This document shows positions 1 through 14,297 of a stretch of DNA of 64,000 nt, in pieces. Position 1 is the first letter of the stretch; each line of letters begins with the position of its first letter. The notes under the pieces are model-generated. The model worked only from the letters and a program-made list of their open reading frames with translations. It was not told the origin of the DNA and did not search any database. The DNA comes from the human T2T-CHM13v2.0 reference genome, Homo sapiens. Position numbers and translations under genes: made by a program. Location: assembly GCF_009914755.1 (NCBI RefSeq), contig NC_060926.1; one strand, 5' to 3'.

Positions 1-1334
1 TAGGACTGATTTAATCTCTTTGTATAGAGGCTGATCTTGGGAAAAAATACACTCCTGTTTACGTCAAACATACAGGACGCGTCAGCCCACAGCCACTCTC
101 AATGCTTCCTGGGTTTTCTTGGTGGGGGCCCCTCTGCATCGCTGGGACAGTGAGTGAAGAGATTGGCCCTGATGTGTCAGTCCCTGCTGGGCTTGGTGCT
201 GTTGTCTCTGGGTGTAATCAAACAATCTGTATCTTAGTGGGACATCCTGCTTGCTCTGTGTGACTCAGAGCTCTCAGGCAGCTGGTTGAAGCTTTGTTTA
301 TAGTAGTGCCACCCACTCACTCCACACCCCCGACTCCCTATAAACTACTCCACAGGTGGCCAGACTTTTGGTGCAAATAAAAGTTTGTCAACTGTTGCAC
401 CCTTTCTCCTGTCTTTTTTTTTTTTTAACTTATCTAAACAAAATTAAGCTGTGGGGAGTTCATTAATAAAAGGTTTCTTTTACAACATTATTGGCACTCT
501 GCAAGGCGCTTTGGAGGAGAGTGGGAAGATCAATATTACCTAGAGTAAAATAGCAGGGCAGATATTACTCAAGGGAAATCGGTTCTTAATAAGAGAGAGA
601 ATATGGATTTCTATCCGGGCAGTCAGTTTGAATATGATGAAACAGTGTGTTAGAGTCGGCGGTCTAGTAATTATCTGAGAAGGCTTAGAGACTATAAATG
701 TGTGTGTGTGTTATAAAAGAACAAACCAAAAAACCTCTCAGCCAAAGCTTTTCAGAAATAAAAAGCAAGTATTTCCACAGATGACCAGACACCAAAAAAT
801 TAGAACAATGTGAATCCATTAAATGACAAAAGTGCAGAGCATCACACAGAAATGGTGTGATGACTTCCTGCGTTTGCCTCTGGGAGGGAGGCAGAGAACA
901 GGGAGAAAATGCAGGCTTCTAGATGGGACTGCTAATGAGAAGCCATTCCTCTTCTTTAAGCCTGGGTCTTTTACTTGTCTCTTGGACGCTTCGTGAACAT
1001 GTGAAAACGGGCAGAAAGCGCAGTGGAATGGTACTGAGAGCACACCAATTTAATGGGGTGCAGGTTACTCTCCATCCTTGTCATGTGAGCCAATTAACCT
1101 TCTGGCTGTTGAAATGCAACTGGCAGTTAATTGGGCCATTGTTGAGAACAGTGCAGAGGCCTTAGTACCATTTGCAAATTGCTGAGATAGGAATCTCTGG
1201 ATGGCTCCTGGGATGAGGGCAAACCAGTTCAGCTGCAGCTATGGTGGAACCTTGGCTCTTAGGCCCAAGGAGTTTCCAGGTGACCCCTGGAAGTCCCAGT
1301 GCATTGCAGTCTTAGCACATTGCTCGAGAAGGTG

Positions 1335-1465
1335 AGGGAGAAGAAGAGAGAAATGAAAGAAAATTTCCAGATGAAGAAAAGACAGGAAAGACAGAGGAAG
1401 AAAGGAGGGAGGGAGATTGAATAAAAGAAAGAGGGAGAAGGTGAAGAAGGAAAGAGAGAGAGAGA
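1335..1465. repeat. GA-rich polypurine low-complexity tract
   Basis: Almost purely A/G run (gagggagaagaagagagaaatgaaagaaaa...gaaagagagagagagaa). Confidence 0.8.
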
Positions 1466-1849
1466 ATATATATAACGCTTTTAGGTGTTACCTTTGATCA
1501 GGGCGATTGACCAAGGTCAGCTTTCTTCAACGTGTATTCAGAGGAGGGCTCATGTCCTATAAGGTATTCATTGGTGTTTTACAGGGGAAATTTTTAAAAA
1601 GTGGGGCAGGGAAATCCACTGGTCCCACCCATTTGGGAAGTGTTTGGTTCAGCAGGTTTCTCTGGTGTAGCTCCTCTCAGAGCCTTTCGTAAACTGGAGT
1701 GCATTATGGAGCTCCAAGATGGGGCCATAGTATACAATTTCTCCTTACATTATTTTATTGAGATATTGTTTATTCAAGGACAAGCAGTCTGAGAAATTGA
1801 GTTTTTGAAATAATGATCCAGGCCTTTCCTGCAACACTGAGCTGTTTCT

Positions 1850-2579
<730 letters not shown>

Positions 2580-2864
2580 CACTGAACTATTTCTATGCGA
2601 GTTCTTCCCTTGGCCCTTAAGCTGGGATAAATCCCTGTCTTCATGCAAAGTTAGAGACATGATTAGATACAAGATCTACAATATTTGTGGATAAAAACCA
2701 AACAGTTCCTTAAGAAAACTACAACTATTTTTTTTTGCTGACACCAGAGTGAAATTTCCCCCATTTATCCCCCATCAGCCTTTGGTAGGAGCACAAAAGC
2801 TACGTGGCAGGGCACATTCCAGCACCATGCCCATGACACCAACTCTCGTTCATTCATTCCTTGA

Positions 2865-3290
<426 letters not shown>

Positions 3291-3313
3291 TGATTTGTTT
3301 TCTCGTGTTTTGA

Positions 3314-3853
<540 letters not shown>

Positions 3854-5074
3854 TAGCTCAGTTCCCTCAGTCAGAATAAGCAACAAGTCTCATCTCCACC
3901 TCCTCCTGGGATTCACGTACCACCTATCCTCTAAGCCTCTTCGAGTGTCTCAACTGTGCCAGGGTCAGGAAGATTTTTCTTGTAGTGACCTAAATGTTTC
4001 TGCCAATGGATGAGTCAGTTACTTCCTCCTGTTTCTTCACAAGGGCAATGCAGAATGTAGAACGCTGCAAAGGGGTATACTGGGCATTGGCGTGTTGGTG
4101 CTGAGGTGGGCAGGTCCCTCTCTGTTGCTTGGCAACTCTGCGTTCTTCTTCCTGAAAAGGAACAGCTCCCACCCTAGTGTAGCCCTCCAGATGCCCTCTG
4201 AGGACCTCCATGGTGTGGAAGGTGCTGGCACAGTTGCCTTAGGTCTGGTTTTCACTGCCAATCCCCTCATGTCATTGAAATGGTGACAACCCCCAGAACC
4301 CCCATCCCTGAAAGAACTCCCTCTAGAGACACAGTTTCAAGGGCGTGTGTCCAAACTCTGGGTAGGATTGCCCAGTGGATACAATCCTCTGGGCAGGCTT
4401 ATGAGATGCTGCCCCAAATGTCCTCCTTCTGTGCAGATTCACTGCTTCCTCTGCAGACTCACGGCGTTCACTGCTCCCCACTGCAGGCATTTACTCCATT
4501 TATCTCTCATTTATGAGAGATATATAAATATACAGCAGGAAAATTACCCTTACCCAGAAGCTTAGGGGGAATGAATAAAGGAATCGAAGTACTTAGGCTT
4601 CCCATGAGCTCTGGGAGGGATTAGAAAGAATAATTAACTACTCTTAGAAGCCTCTTAGATCTACTTTCTTCCACTTTCTACAAATGAGGTTCCAACAAGT
4701 TGGGCCAAGCAGGAGTCTACAATATGGGGAAACTTAGGCTTCACTCTGTCTCCAAAATTAACAGGAAAAATAGTAGTGGGAAAGGTGCATGTGGAAGGAG
4801 TTATGTTTTTAGAAGGTCCAGTTATTTTTCAACAAATACAATTATGGTCTGCTCATTATAGACATTTTGGAAAATGCAGAGAAGTAGAAAGAATAAAAAT
4901 ATGTCTATGAAGATAAATGTGGGAGGTTTCACTCTGGTGTCAGCAAAAGAAGTAGTTGTATTTTTCTTTAGCAACTGTTTGGTTTTTATCCACATTGTAG
5001 ATCTTGTATCTCATCATGTCTTTAACTTTGCACAAGTTGCTAGAAAACTCTGGAATGTTCATTTGTGAAATAAC

Positions 5075-5180
5075 TAATTATTTTTGAACAATGTTTATTA
5101 AGTGCCCACCATGTGCCAGGAACTCTGCTAGGCTCTGAGGATGTTTGACTGAGCCAAACAGATGTGTGGTTGCCCATGCA
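5075..5180 (-). mobile_element. L2 3' end fragment
   Basis: aacaatgtttattaagtgcccaccatgtgccaggaactctgctaggctctgagg resembles the reverse complement of the L2 terminus. Confidence 0.65.
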
Positions 5181-5859
5181 TACACACCATTCATAGGCGG
5201 TGTGACCTGATGGATGTTGACAGGTGTTAATAGGACTCATGGAGTGTGTAGCTAGCACTGTGTGAGCACTTTGCATCTGTGTCAGGAAAATTTAATTTCT
5301 TCATTGTATAAATATTCTTCCAGAATTTTTCCCTTCTCCTCACTCCAAGGGGGCTAGCCCACACGATTGTGCTTTCTCCTATGGGTGAGGTTGACAGAGG
5401 ACAGCTCTGCCCTCAGCTTTTGTGGAAGTCTCTTGGCATAATGTCTTGGGCAAGATTGTGGCTGGGGTCCAGGAGGAAGAGGGGAGAGAGGAGCGTAGGA
5501 TGGGGGAGGAGGGTGGAATCTGAGAGACAACAGCTTCTAGAGACCTGAAAGGCAACAGAGGGGGCTGGCTGAAAGCAGTATGGACCTGTGAGTTTCTCCC
5601 TGGGGAGACTCAGAGGGGAAAGGCTGGTAGCAAACCAGGGAGGAAGACTCCAGGCACCTGTGTTCCCAGCAATAGCAAAGGCCATCAGACTCCCACTTGG
5701 GAAGAGAGTAACCCAGCCACCTGACTCAAGGGACCATGGAGACCTTGACAGTGGGCATCTGCTTGCTCACCAGGGTGAGTGATGACAGGGTGTCCCAGTG
5801 TTCCAGGATTCTTGAGACCCTTGGGCATTTGTAGAACTCATCTAAGCTGCTTGGGTCAC

Positions 5860-6236
5860 ACACTTAATCCATTTTGTGTTGCTATAACAGAATACCTGAG
5901 ACTGGGTAATTTATAAAGAACAGAAATTTCTCGCAGTTCTGGAGGCTGGGAAGTCCAAGACCAAGGCACTGGCAGGTTCATTGTCTGATGAGGGTCTGGC
6001 CTCTGCTCCACACTGACACCTTGAATGCCGCATCCTCCAGAGGGGTGTGCTGTGTCTTCACCTGGCAGAGGAAGAAGGGCAAAGAGGAGCAAACTCTGTC
6101 AAGTCCTTTTATAAGGGCACCTAATTCCATTCACGAGGGCAGAGCTATAATTAGTTACTTTCCAAAGGCTTTTCCTCCCAATATTGTTGCCCTGGGGTCA
6201 CCTGAATTTTGGAGGGGACACATTCAAACCATAGCA
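5860..6236 (-). mobile_element. MaLR solo LTR (MST family)
   Basis: ttaatccattttgtgttgctataacagaatacctgagactgggtaatttataaag…gacacattcaaaccatagca. Confidence 0.88.
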
Positions 6237-6494
6237 CACACCAGTCTTAAGTTCTCTTTGCAAAGTAACAGTAGCCAACATTAGCTCACTCCCATCAAAT
6301 GCTGTCCCACAGCACTGAACTAGCACGTTTTAGCAAGCAGAAAACACACTCTTCCTGCTACTGGCTCTTATATACTCAGAGTTCCAGCTCTCTGTCCTCC
6401 TAGGTGTTTGGAACACTACCTGCTATGCAAGATTCACTCAATACGGATTTAATATTATACCATAGGCAGGATTTTTGTCCATTTATAGGGACAA

Positions 6495-6556
6495 AAGCAA
6501 CTGGATTTTTCCAGACCAATAGTTCAAGCAACTGGAATTTTCCAGACCAATAGCTC
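6495..6556. repeat. 31-bp tandem duplication
   Basis: aagcaactggatttttccagaccaatagttc / aagcaactggaattttccagaccaatagctc, two mismatches. Confidence 0.9.
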
Positions 6557-6754
6557 AGCAAGGGATTGTTGGTAGAGTAAGTCTCTGTGCTGTACCTACA
6601 TGTCCAAGCTGAAGGTCTTTGCTAGATTCTTATACTCAGTGTATGCAAAGATGATGAGTATCTCTCAATTATTTCAATTAGTCTTCATAGTTGACCAGTG
6701 AGGGCCTATTTCTAGCATCTTCAGGTGGACTAACATACCATTACTATTATCAAT

Positions 6755-7158
6755 TATATTAGTTTCCTGTGACTGACATAAGAAATTTCTGTAAACTTGG
6801 TGGCTTAAAACAACAGAAATGTATCCTCTTTCAGCTCTGGAGGCCACAAGTCCAAGATTAAAGTATCAGCAGAGATGTGTTCCCTCCAGAGGCTCTAGGG
6901 AAGAATTTGTTCCCTGACTCTTCTAGCTTCTGGTGGCTCCAGGCATTCCTTGGCTTGCAGTGGCATTGCTCTAACCTCTGCCTGTCTTGACATTACCTCT
7001 TCCTCTTCGGTAGGTGTAATCTGCCACTGCCTCTTTCTCATAAGGACATTTATCATTAGACTTAGGGTCTACCTGGCTAATCTAGGATAATCTCTTTATC
7101 TGAAGATCCTTCATTACATCTGCAAAGAGTCTTTTTCCAAATAAGGTAACACTCATAT
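6755..7158 (-). mobile_element. MaLR LTR (MLT1C-like)
   Basis: tattagtttcctgtg…aaacttggtggcttaaaacaacagaaat…tacatctgcaaagagtctttttccaaataaggt. Confidence 0.85.
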
Positions 7159-7273
7159 TCATATTGATGAATAAGGCCCCCTAAAATGATGTATCAACAT
7201 CCTAATCCCTGGAATCTTATTTATCACTGTGAATACGAGTGTTGCCCATATCTGTTTACATAGCATCTGTGTG

Positions 7274-7663
7274 TGTATTAGTATGTCCTTGCACTGCTGT
7301 AAAGAAATACCTGAGACTGGGTAATTTATAACAAAAAGAGGTTTGATTGGCGCACAGTTCTGCGGGCTGTGCAGGAAACATGGTGGCATCTGCTTGGCTT
7401 TTGGGGAGGCCTCTGGAAACTTACAATCATGGCAAGGGCAAAGGGGGAGCAAGGCATCTCACATGGTGGGAGCAGGAGCAAGAGAGAGGTGGGGAAAGTG
7501 CTATACACTTTTAAACAACCAGATCTTGTGATAACTCACTCACTATCATGAGAACAGCAGCAAAGGGATGTTGCTAACCCATTCATGAAGGACCACCCTC
7601 ATGATCTGGCCACCTCCCACCAGGCTCCACCTTCAACATTGGGGATTACAATTCGACATATCA
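7274..7663 (-). mobile_element. MaLR solo LTR (MSTA-like)
   Basis: Termini TGTATTAG…CATATCA with 5-bp TSD GTGTG (7269-7273, 7664-7668); MSTA-type body. Confidence 0.9.
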
Positions 7664-7664
7664 G

Positions 7665-8116
7665 TGTGGTAGAGTGCCTTGTCCTCAATTCTTCACCCCT
7701 CCCTGTTTCCCATTGACATGTGGGTTTGCAGTTCCTCCTCCTAGAGGCAGAATATTGCCTCATCCCACTGAGATTGGACTTGGCCACATAACTTGCTTTG
7801 ACCGATTGGATGTTATTAGATATGATGTGAGCAAAAGCTTTACATGTGCTTCAGAATTGAGCCTGTGCTCTTGTGCTTCAGCTATTGCCATGAAAAGAAC
7901 ACAATCCAGCTAGTCCACAGCTCCAAAGTGGTTTAGAGAGACATGGAGATGGCATGGGTTCAGCCTGCAGTTTGAAATCTGGCCTAGCTAAGCCTAACCT
8001 AGATCAGCCAATTGATGGGTAACCTACTGGTACCTAGGTAAGACTCATTGGTTGTTGTTTTAGTCCACGCCACTCTATTTTGGAATGGCATATTGCAGCG
8101 ATGGCTGACTGATACA
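7665..8116 (+). mobile_element. Old MaLR LTR (MLT1H/I-like)
   Basis: tgtggtag…cttggccacataacttgctttgacc…gatggctgactgataca. Confidence 0.7.
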
Positions 8117-9394
8117 TTCTGCCTCTGTACTTGTCATAGACACCTCCCCTCATCCACATCCCCACTGTTACTGCTACATTACTTTTCAGCGGTACCAGCA
8201 GCACTAGCAGGACTTACAGCCCTAGGTGCTAAGGTCACTCCTTGCCATAGGGCTGGGTTCCTGAGGGGCATGCCCAGGCCTTGGGAGAGAGGAAGATGGG
8301 TCCTTTTCCTATCTTGCACCATGCTGCAACTGCCCCCTCTCGCAATCTTCCCAGGAGAGACCTAGCATCTGCATATAGCCAGTTTTCTGAAGATGAGCCT
8401 GCAGATATAGCCACCCCCTCACCCCGTCTGTAGGTGTGGCATCTCCCTAGCTGGTTATAGACATGGATATTTGCAACTTGAATTGAACCAGCCAATTTAA
8501 ATTGACTTCCATCCTTTCTACCTCTCTAACTGCCCACACCCAGGCCTTTGCTTCTAGCAATATTGAGGGGAATGGCATTATGGCAGAGAAGCTTTTTGGA
8601 GACACAAAAGGGGACAGCCAATCTAAATTCCTGTGACTTCGGTAATTAGCAGCCAGCCAGGGTGGCCACCAGTGGTTTTCTCTGAGTGGTAGAATTATGG
8701 AGGTTTTAAAAACAGTTCTTTGTTCTGCGGATTTTCTAAGTCCTCCAAATTGGATATTTTTCTTGAATCTGAGAAACAATAAATGTTAATAAAAACCAAT
8801 GAAACAGCCCCACTGCTTTGAGTGAAGCCCTGAGGGCTGGGACGAGTTGGGAGGCAGGCAGGGTGGCTGAGACAGTAGATGAAACCATAGCCAGGGGAGT
8901 CAGCACCCAGCGCCTCTTGCAGCAGCAGCCCACCACTGTGGAGTTCACCTCGTCACTTGGTGCTGGCCTCCCCTGAGGGTCAAGGCTTCTAACCTTAGCT
9001 GGGCAGCTTGCAAAGAAGGTATGGGGGATACCTGAGGACCAGTGAGGGAGTAGGACCAAATCAAACTAAATGCATCAGCACTGTAGGGGTTCCTTGCTTT
9101 GTGTGGTAAATGGAATTCTGAAAAATCATGCGAGTTACAATTCTAAATCTAAAACCATTTTACATGTGCCTGGGGAGTTTCCTGAATAAAAGGATCCTAT
9201 TGTGAAGCCTTGAGTTAAGTGAATAGTCCTTCTCCATTTTGTCTTTGGCATAAATCTGGATTTTCACTTAGAGTTTTTTGGGTTTCCATGAAAAGGCAGA
9301 TGATAGGAGTTCTGGAAAAGCATATCGTGGAACTTCTGCTTAGGGTTTATGGCCAGTGGCATCATCTCTAATTGGATTATGGCTCCTGTTTAAG

Positions 9395-9629
9395 TCCCAG
9401 TCCTGGACCTAACATGCTATGTCCTTTGCATGTCCTGCCTGGAATGCTCTCCACCTAGATATGCCTATGGCTCCCTCCCTCTCATCCTTAAGGCTTGTGC
9501 TCAGATGCCACTCATCTTCTTAGTGAAACCTTGCACATCATCCTATTTAAAATTGTAATTCTCCAGTACCCTCTTGCCCTTTTGCCTGCTTAGTTTTCCC
9601 TATGGTACTTATTACTACTCGTTGTACTG
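9395..9629 (+). mobile_element. L2 fragment (5' part, split by Tigger1)
   Basis: cctttgcatgtcctgcctggaatgctctcc…ggctccctccctctcatccttaagg…cctatttaaaattg; L2 sequence resumes after 13420. Confidence 0.7.
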
Positions 9630-10797
9630 TAGGCACACCTGGTTTTATTGTGATTCATTTTATTGCACTTCACAGATATTGTGTTTATTACAAACTGAAG
9701 GTTTGTGGCAACTCTGAGTGGAGCAAGTCTATCAGCATCATTTTTCCAACAGCATGTGCTCACGCTGTGGCTCTGTATCATATTTTGGTAATTCTCACAT
9801 TTCAAACTTTATCATTATTATTATATCTGTTGTGGTGATCTGTGATCAGTGATCTTTGATGTTACTGTTGTAATTGTTTTGGGACACCATGAACTGTGCT
9901 CATATAAGATGATGAACTTAACCCATAAGTGTCATGTGTGTTCTGACTGCTCCACTGATTGTCCATTCTCTCATCTCTCTCTCTCTCTCCTTGGGCCTTC
10001 CTATTTCCTCAGAAACAACAATATTAAAATTGGCCAATCAATAATTCTACAATATTCTCTAAGTGTCCAGGTGACAGGCAGAGTCACACAACTTTCACTA
10101 TAAATCAGAAGCTAGAAATGATTAGTTTTAGGGACGAAGGCATGTAGAAAGCCAAGACTGGCCGAAAGCTAGGCATTTTGTGCCCCTTAGCCAAGTTGTG
10201 AATGCAAAGGAAAAGTTCTTGAAGGAAATTAAAAGTGCCACTCCAATGAACGCATGAACGATAAGAAAGCAAAACAGCTCCATTGGTGATATGGAGAAAG
10301 TTTGAGTGGTCTGGTTAGAAGATCAAACCAGCCACAACATTCTCTTAAGCCAAAGCCTAATCCAGAGCAAGACCATAACTCTCCCCAATTCTATCAAGGC
10401 TGAGAGAGGTTAGGAAGCTGCATAAGAAAAGTCTGAAGATAACAGAGGTTGGTTCATGAAGTTTAAGGAAAGAAACCATCTCCATAACATAAAAGTGCAA
10501 GGTGAAGCAGCAAGTGCAGATGGAGAAGCTGCAGCAAGTTATCTAGAAGACCTAAGAGAAATAATGAAGGTGGCTACACTAAAAAGATTTTCAATGTAGT
10601 CAAAACAGCCTTGTGTTGGGAGAAGATGCCATCTAGGACTTACATAACTAGAAAGGAGAAGTCAATGTCTGGCTTCAAAGCTTCAAAGGACAGGCCCACT
10701 CTCTTTTTAGGGGTTAATGCAGCTGGTGACTTAAAGTTGAATCTAGTGCTGATTTACCATTCCAAAAATCCTAGGGCTTTTAAGAATTATGCTAAAT

Positions 10798-11887
10798 CTT
10801 TGACTCATCTTGAGTTAATTTTTGTGTAAGGTGAGAGATGAGGATCCAGTTTCATTCTTCTGCTTGTGGCTTGCCAATTGTCCTAGCACCATTTGTTGAA
10901 TAGGGTGTCCTTTTCCCACTTTTAAGTTTTTGTTTGCTTTGTCGAAGATCAGTTGACTGTAAGTACTTGGCTTTATTTCTGGGTTCTCTATTCTCTTCCA
11001 TTGGTCTATGGGCCTGTTTTTATACCAGTACCATGCTGTTTTGGCGACTATGGGCTTTTAGTATAGTTTGAAGTTGGGTAATGTAATGCCTCCAGACTTG
11101 TTCTTTTTCCTTAGTCTTGCTTTGGCTATGCCGGCTGTTTTTTGATTCCATATAAATTTTAAGATTGTTTTTTCTAGTTCTGTGAAGAATGGTGCTGGTA
11201 TTTTGATAGGGATTGCATTGAATTTGTAGATTGCTTTTGGCAGTATGGTCATTTTCACAATATTGATTCCACTCATCCATGGGCATGGGATGTTTCCATT
11301 TGTTTGTGTCATCTGTGATTTCTTTCAGCAGTGTTTTGTAGTTTTCTCTGTAGAGGTCTTTCACCTCCTTTGTTAGGTATATTCCTAAGTTTTTTTTTTT
11401 TCTTTTTTTTTGCAGCTATTGTAAGAGGGGTTGAGTTCTTGATTTGATTCTCAGCTTGGTCGCTGTTTGTGTATAGCAGGGCTACTGATTTGTGTACATT
11501 AATCTTGTATCCTGAAACTTTGCTAAATTCATTTACCAGTTCTGGGAGCTTTCTGGATGAGTCTCTAGAGTTTTCTAGGTATATGATCATATATCACCAG
11601 CAAACAGCAACAGTAAAGACCTTTACCGATGTGGATGCCCTTGGTTTATTTCTCTTGTTTGATTGCTCTTCCAGTATTATGTTGAATAGAAGTGGTGAAA
11701 GTGGGCATCCTTGTCTTGTTCCAGTTCTCAGGGGGAATGCTTTCAACTTTTTTCTGTTCAGTATAATGTTGGCTGTGGGTTTGTCATAGATGGCTTTTCA
11801 TCACCTTGAGATATGTCCCTTCTATGCCGATTTTGCTGAGGGTTTTAATCATAAAGGAATGTGGGATTTTGTCACACACACACACAC
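10798..11887 (-). mobile_element. L1 (L1PB/old L1PA-like) internal ORF2 fragment with (CA)n end, inserted in Tigger1
   Basis: ORF2 RT-region peptides on the minus strand (MIIYLEN…FSKVSGYKINVHKS; [30 protein letters not shown]). TSD AAGAATTATG(C/T)TAAAT at 10782-10797 and 11888-11903. Confidence 0.93.
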
Positions 11888-12930
11888 AAGAATTATGTTA
11901 AATATACTCTGCCTATGCTCTATAAAGGGAACAACAAAACCTGGATGACAGCACATCTGTTTACAGCATGGTTTAGTAAATATTTTAAGCCCACTGTTGA
12001 GACCTACTGTTCAGAAAAAGAGTCCTTTCAAAATATTACTGCTCATTGACAATGCATCTAGTCATCCAAGAGCTCTGATGAAGATGTACGTGGAGATTAA
12101 TGTCATTTTCATGCCTATTAACACAATATCAATTTTGCAGCCCATGGGTCAAGGAATAATTTTGACTTTCAAGTCTTATTATTTAAGAAATACAATTCAT
12201 AAGGGTATAGCGGCCATAGATAATGATTCTTCTGATGGATCTGGGTGAAGTATATTAAAAACCTTCTGGAAAGGATTCACCATTCTAGATGCCATTAAGA
12301 ATATTCATGATTCATGGGAAGAGGTCAAAATATCAACATTAACAGGAATTTGGAAGATGTTCATTCCAACCTTCATGGATGACTTTGAGGGGCTCACGAC
12401 TTCAGTGCAAGAAGTAACTGAAGATGTGGTGGAAACAGCAAGAGATTTAGCATTAGAAGTGGAATCTAAAGATGTGACTAACTTGTTGCATTCTCATGAT
12501 AAAACTCTAACAGATGACGAGTTGCAAAAGCAAAGAAGGTGATTTCTTGAGATGGAATCCACTTCTGGTGATGATTCTATGAATATTGTTGAAATGAATA
12601 CAAAGGATTTAGAATGTTAAATATTCTAATTGATATACTTAGTTGATAAAGCAGTAACAGGATTTGAGAGGACTGACTCCAATTTTGAAAGAAGTTCTAC
12701 TATGAGTAAAATGCTATCAAACAGCATTGCATGCTACAGAGAAATCTTTTGTGAGAGGCAGAGTCAATCGATGTGGCAAACTTTGTTGTATTATTTTCAG
12801 AAATTGCCACAGTCACCCCTGCCTTCAGCAACCACCACCCTGATCAGTCAAGGTCCTCCACCATCGAAAGGATTGCAACTCACTGGAGGCTCAGGTGATT
12901 GTTAACATTTTTAGCAATAAAGTATTTTTT

Positions 12931-13228
<298 letters not shown>

Positions 13229-13422
13229 TTTTAAATTAAGGTATGCACATTGTATTTTTATACATAATACTATTGCATACTTAATAGACTACAGGATAGT
13301 GTAAACATAACTTTTATATGCACTGGGAAACCAAAAAATTTCTGGGACTTGCTTTATTATGATATTTGCTTTATTGCAGTAGTCTAGAACTGAACCTGCA
13401 ATATCTGTGAGGTAGGCCTGTA

Positions 13423-13590
13423 TAGGTTTTCCTGATTTTTCTTACAGTCTGTGTCTCTCACTGGACTGAAGACTCCATGGGGTCAGGATTTTGGTTTATT
13501 TTGATCACTGCTATATCCCTGGTGTCTTCAATAATGTCTGGCACAGAGTCTATGCCCCATTAAATATCTGCTGACTGAATTAAATGTATG
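13423..13590 (+). mobile_element. L2 3' end (continuation after Tigger1)
   Basis: ctccatggggtcaggattttgg…cactgctatatccctgg…tctggcacagag…aaatatctgctgactgaat. Confidence 0.75.
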
Positions 13591-13619
13591 ACGTTAGGTA
13601 TGTGAATTTTTTTATGTGT

Positions 13620-14297
<678 letters not shown>

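Noticed and set aside
2584-2606. GAA/TTC runs upstream of the UBB retrocopy resembling a heat-shock element
   Set aside because: Spacing does not fit nGAAnnTTCn arrays and it overlaps the TSD and flank rather than UBB promoter sequence.
10119-12905. Possible domesticated Tigger transposase gene (TIGD-like)
   Set aside because: Multiple stops and frameshifts plus an L1 insertion; only fragments remain.
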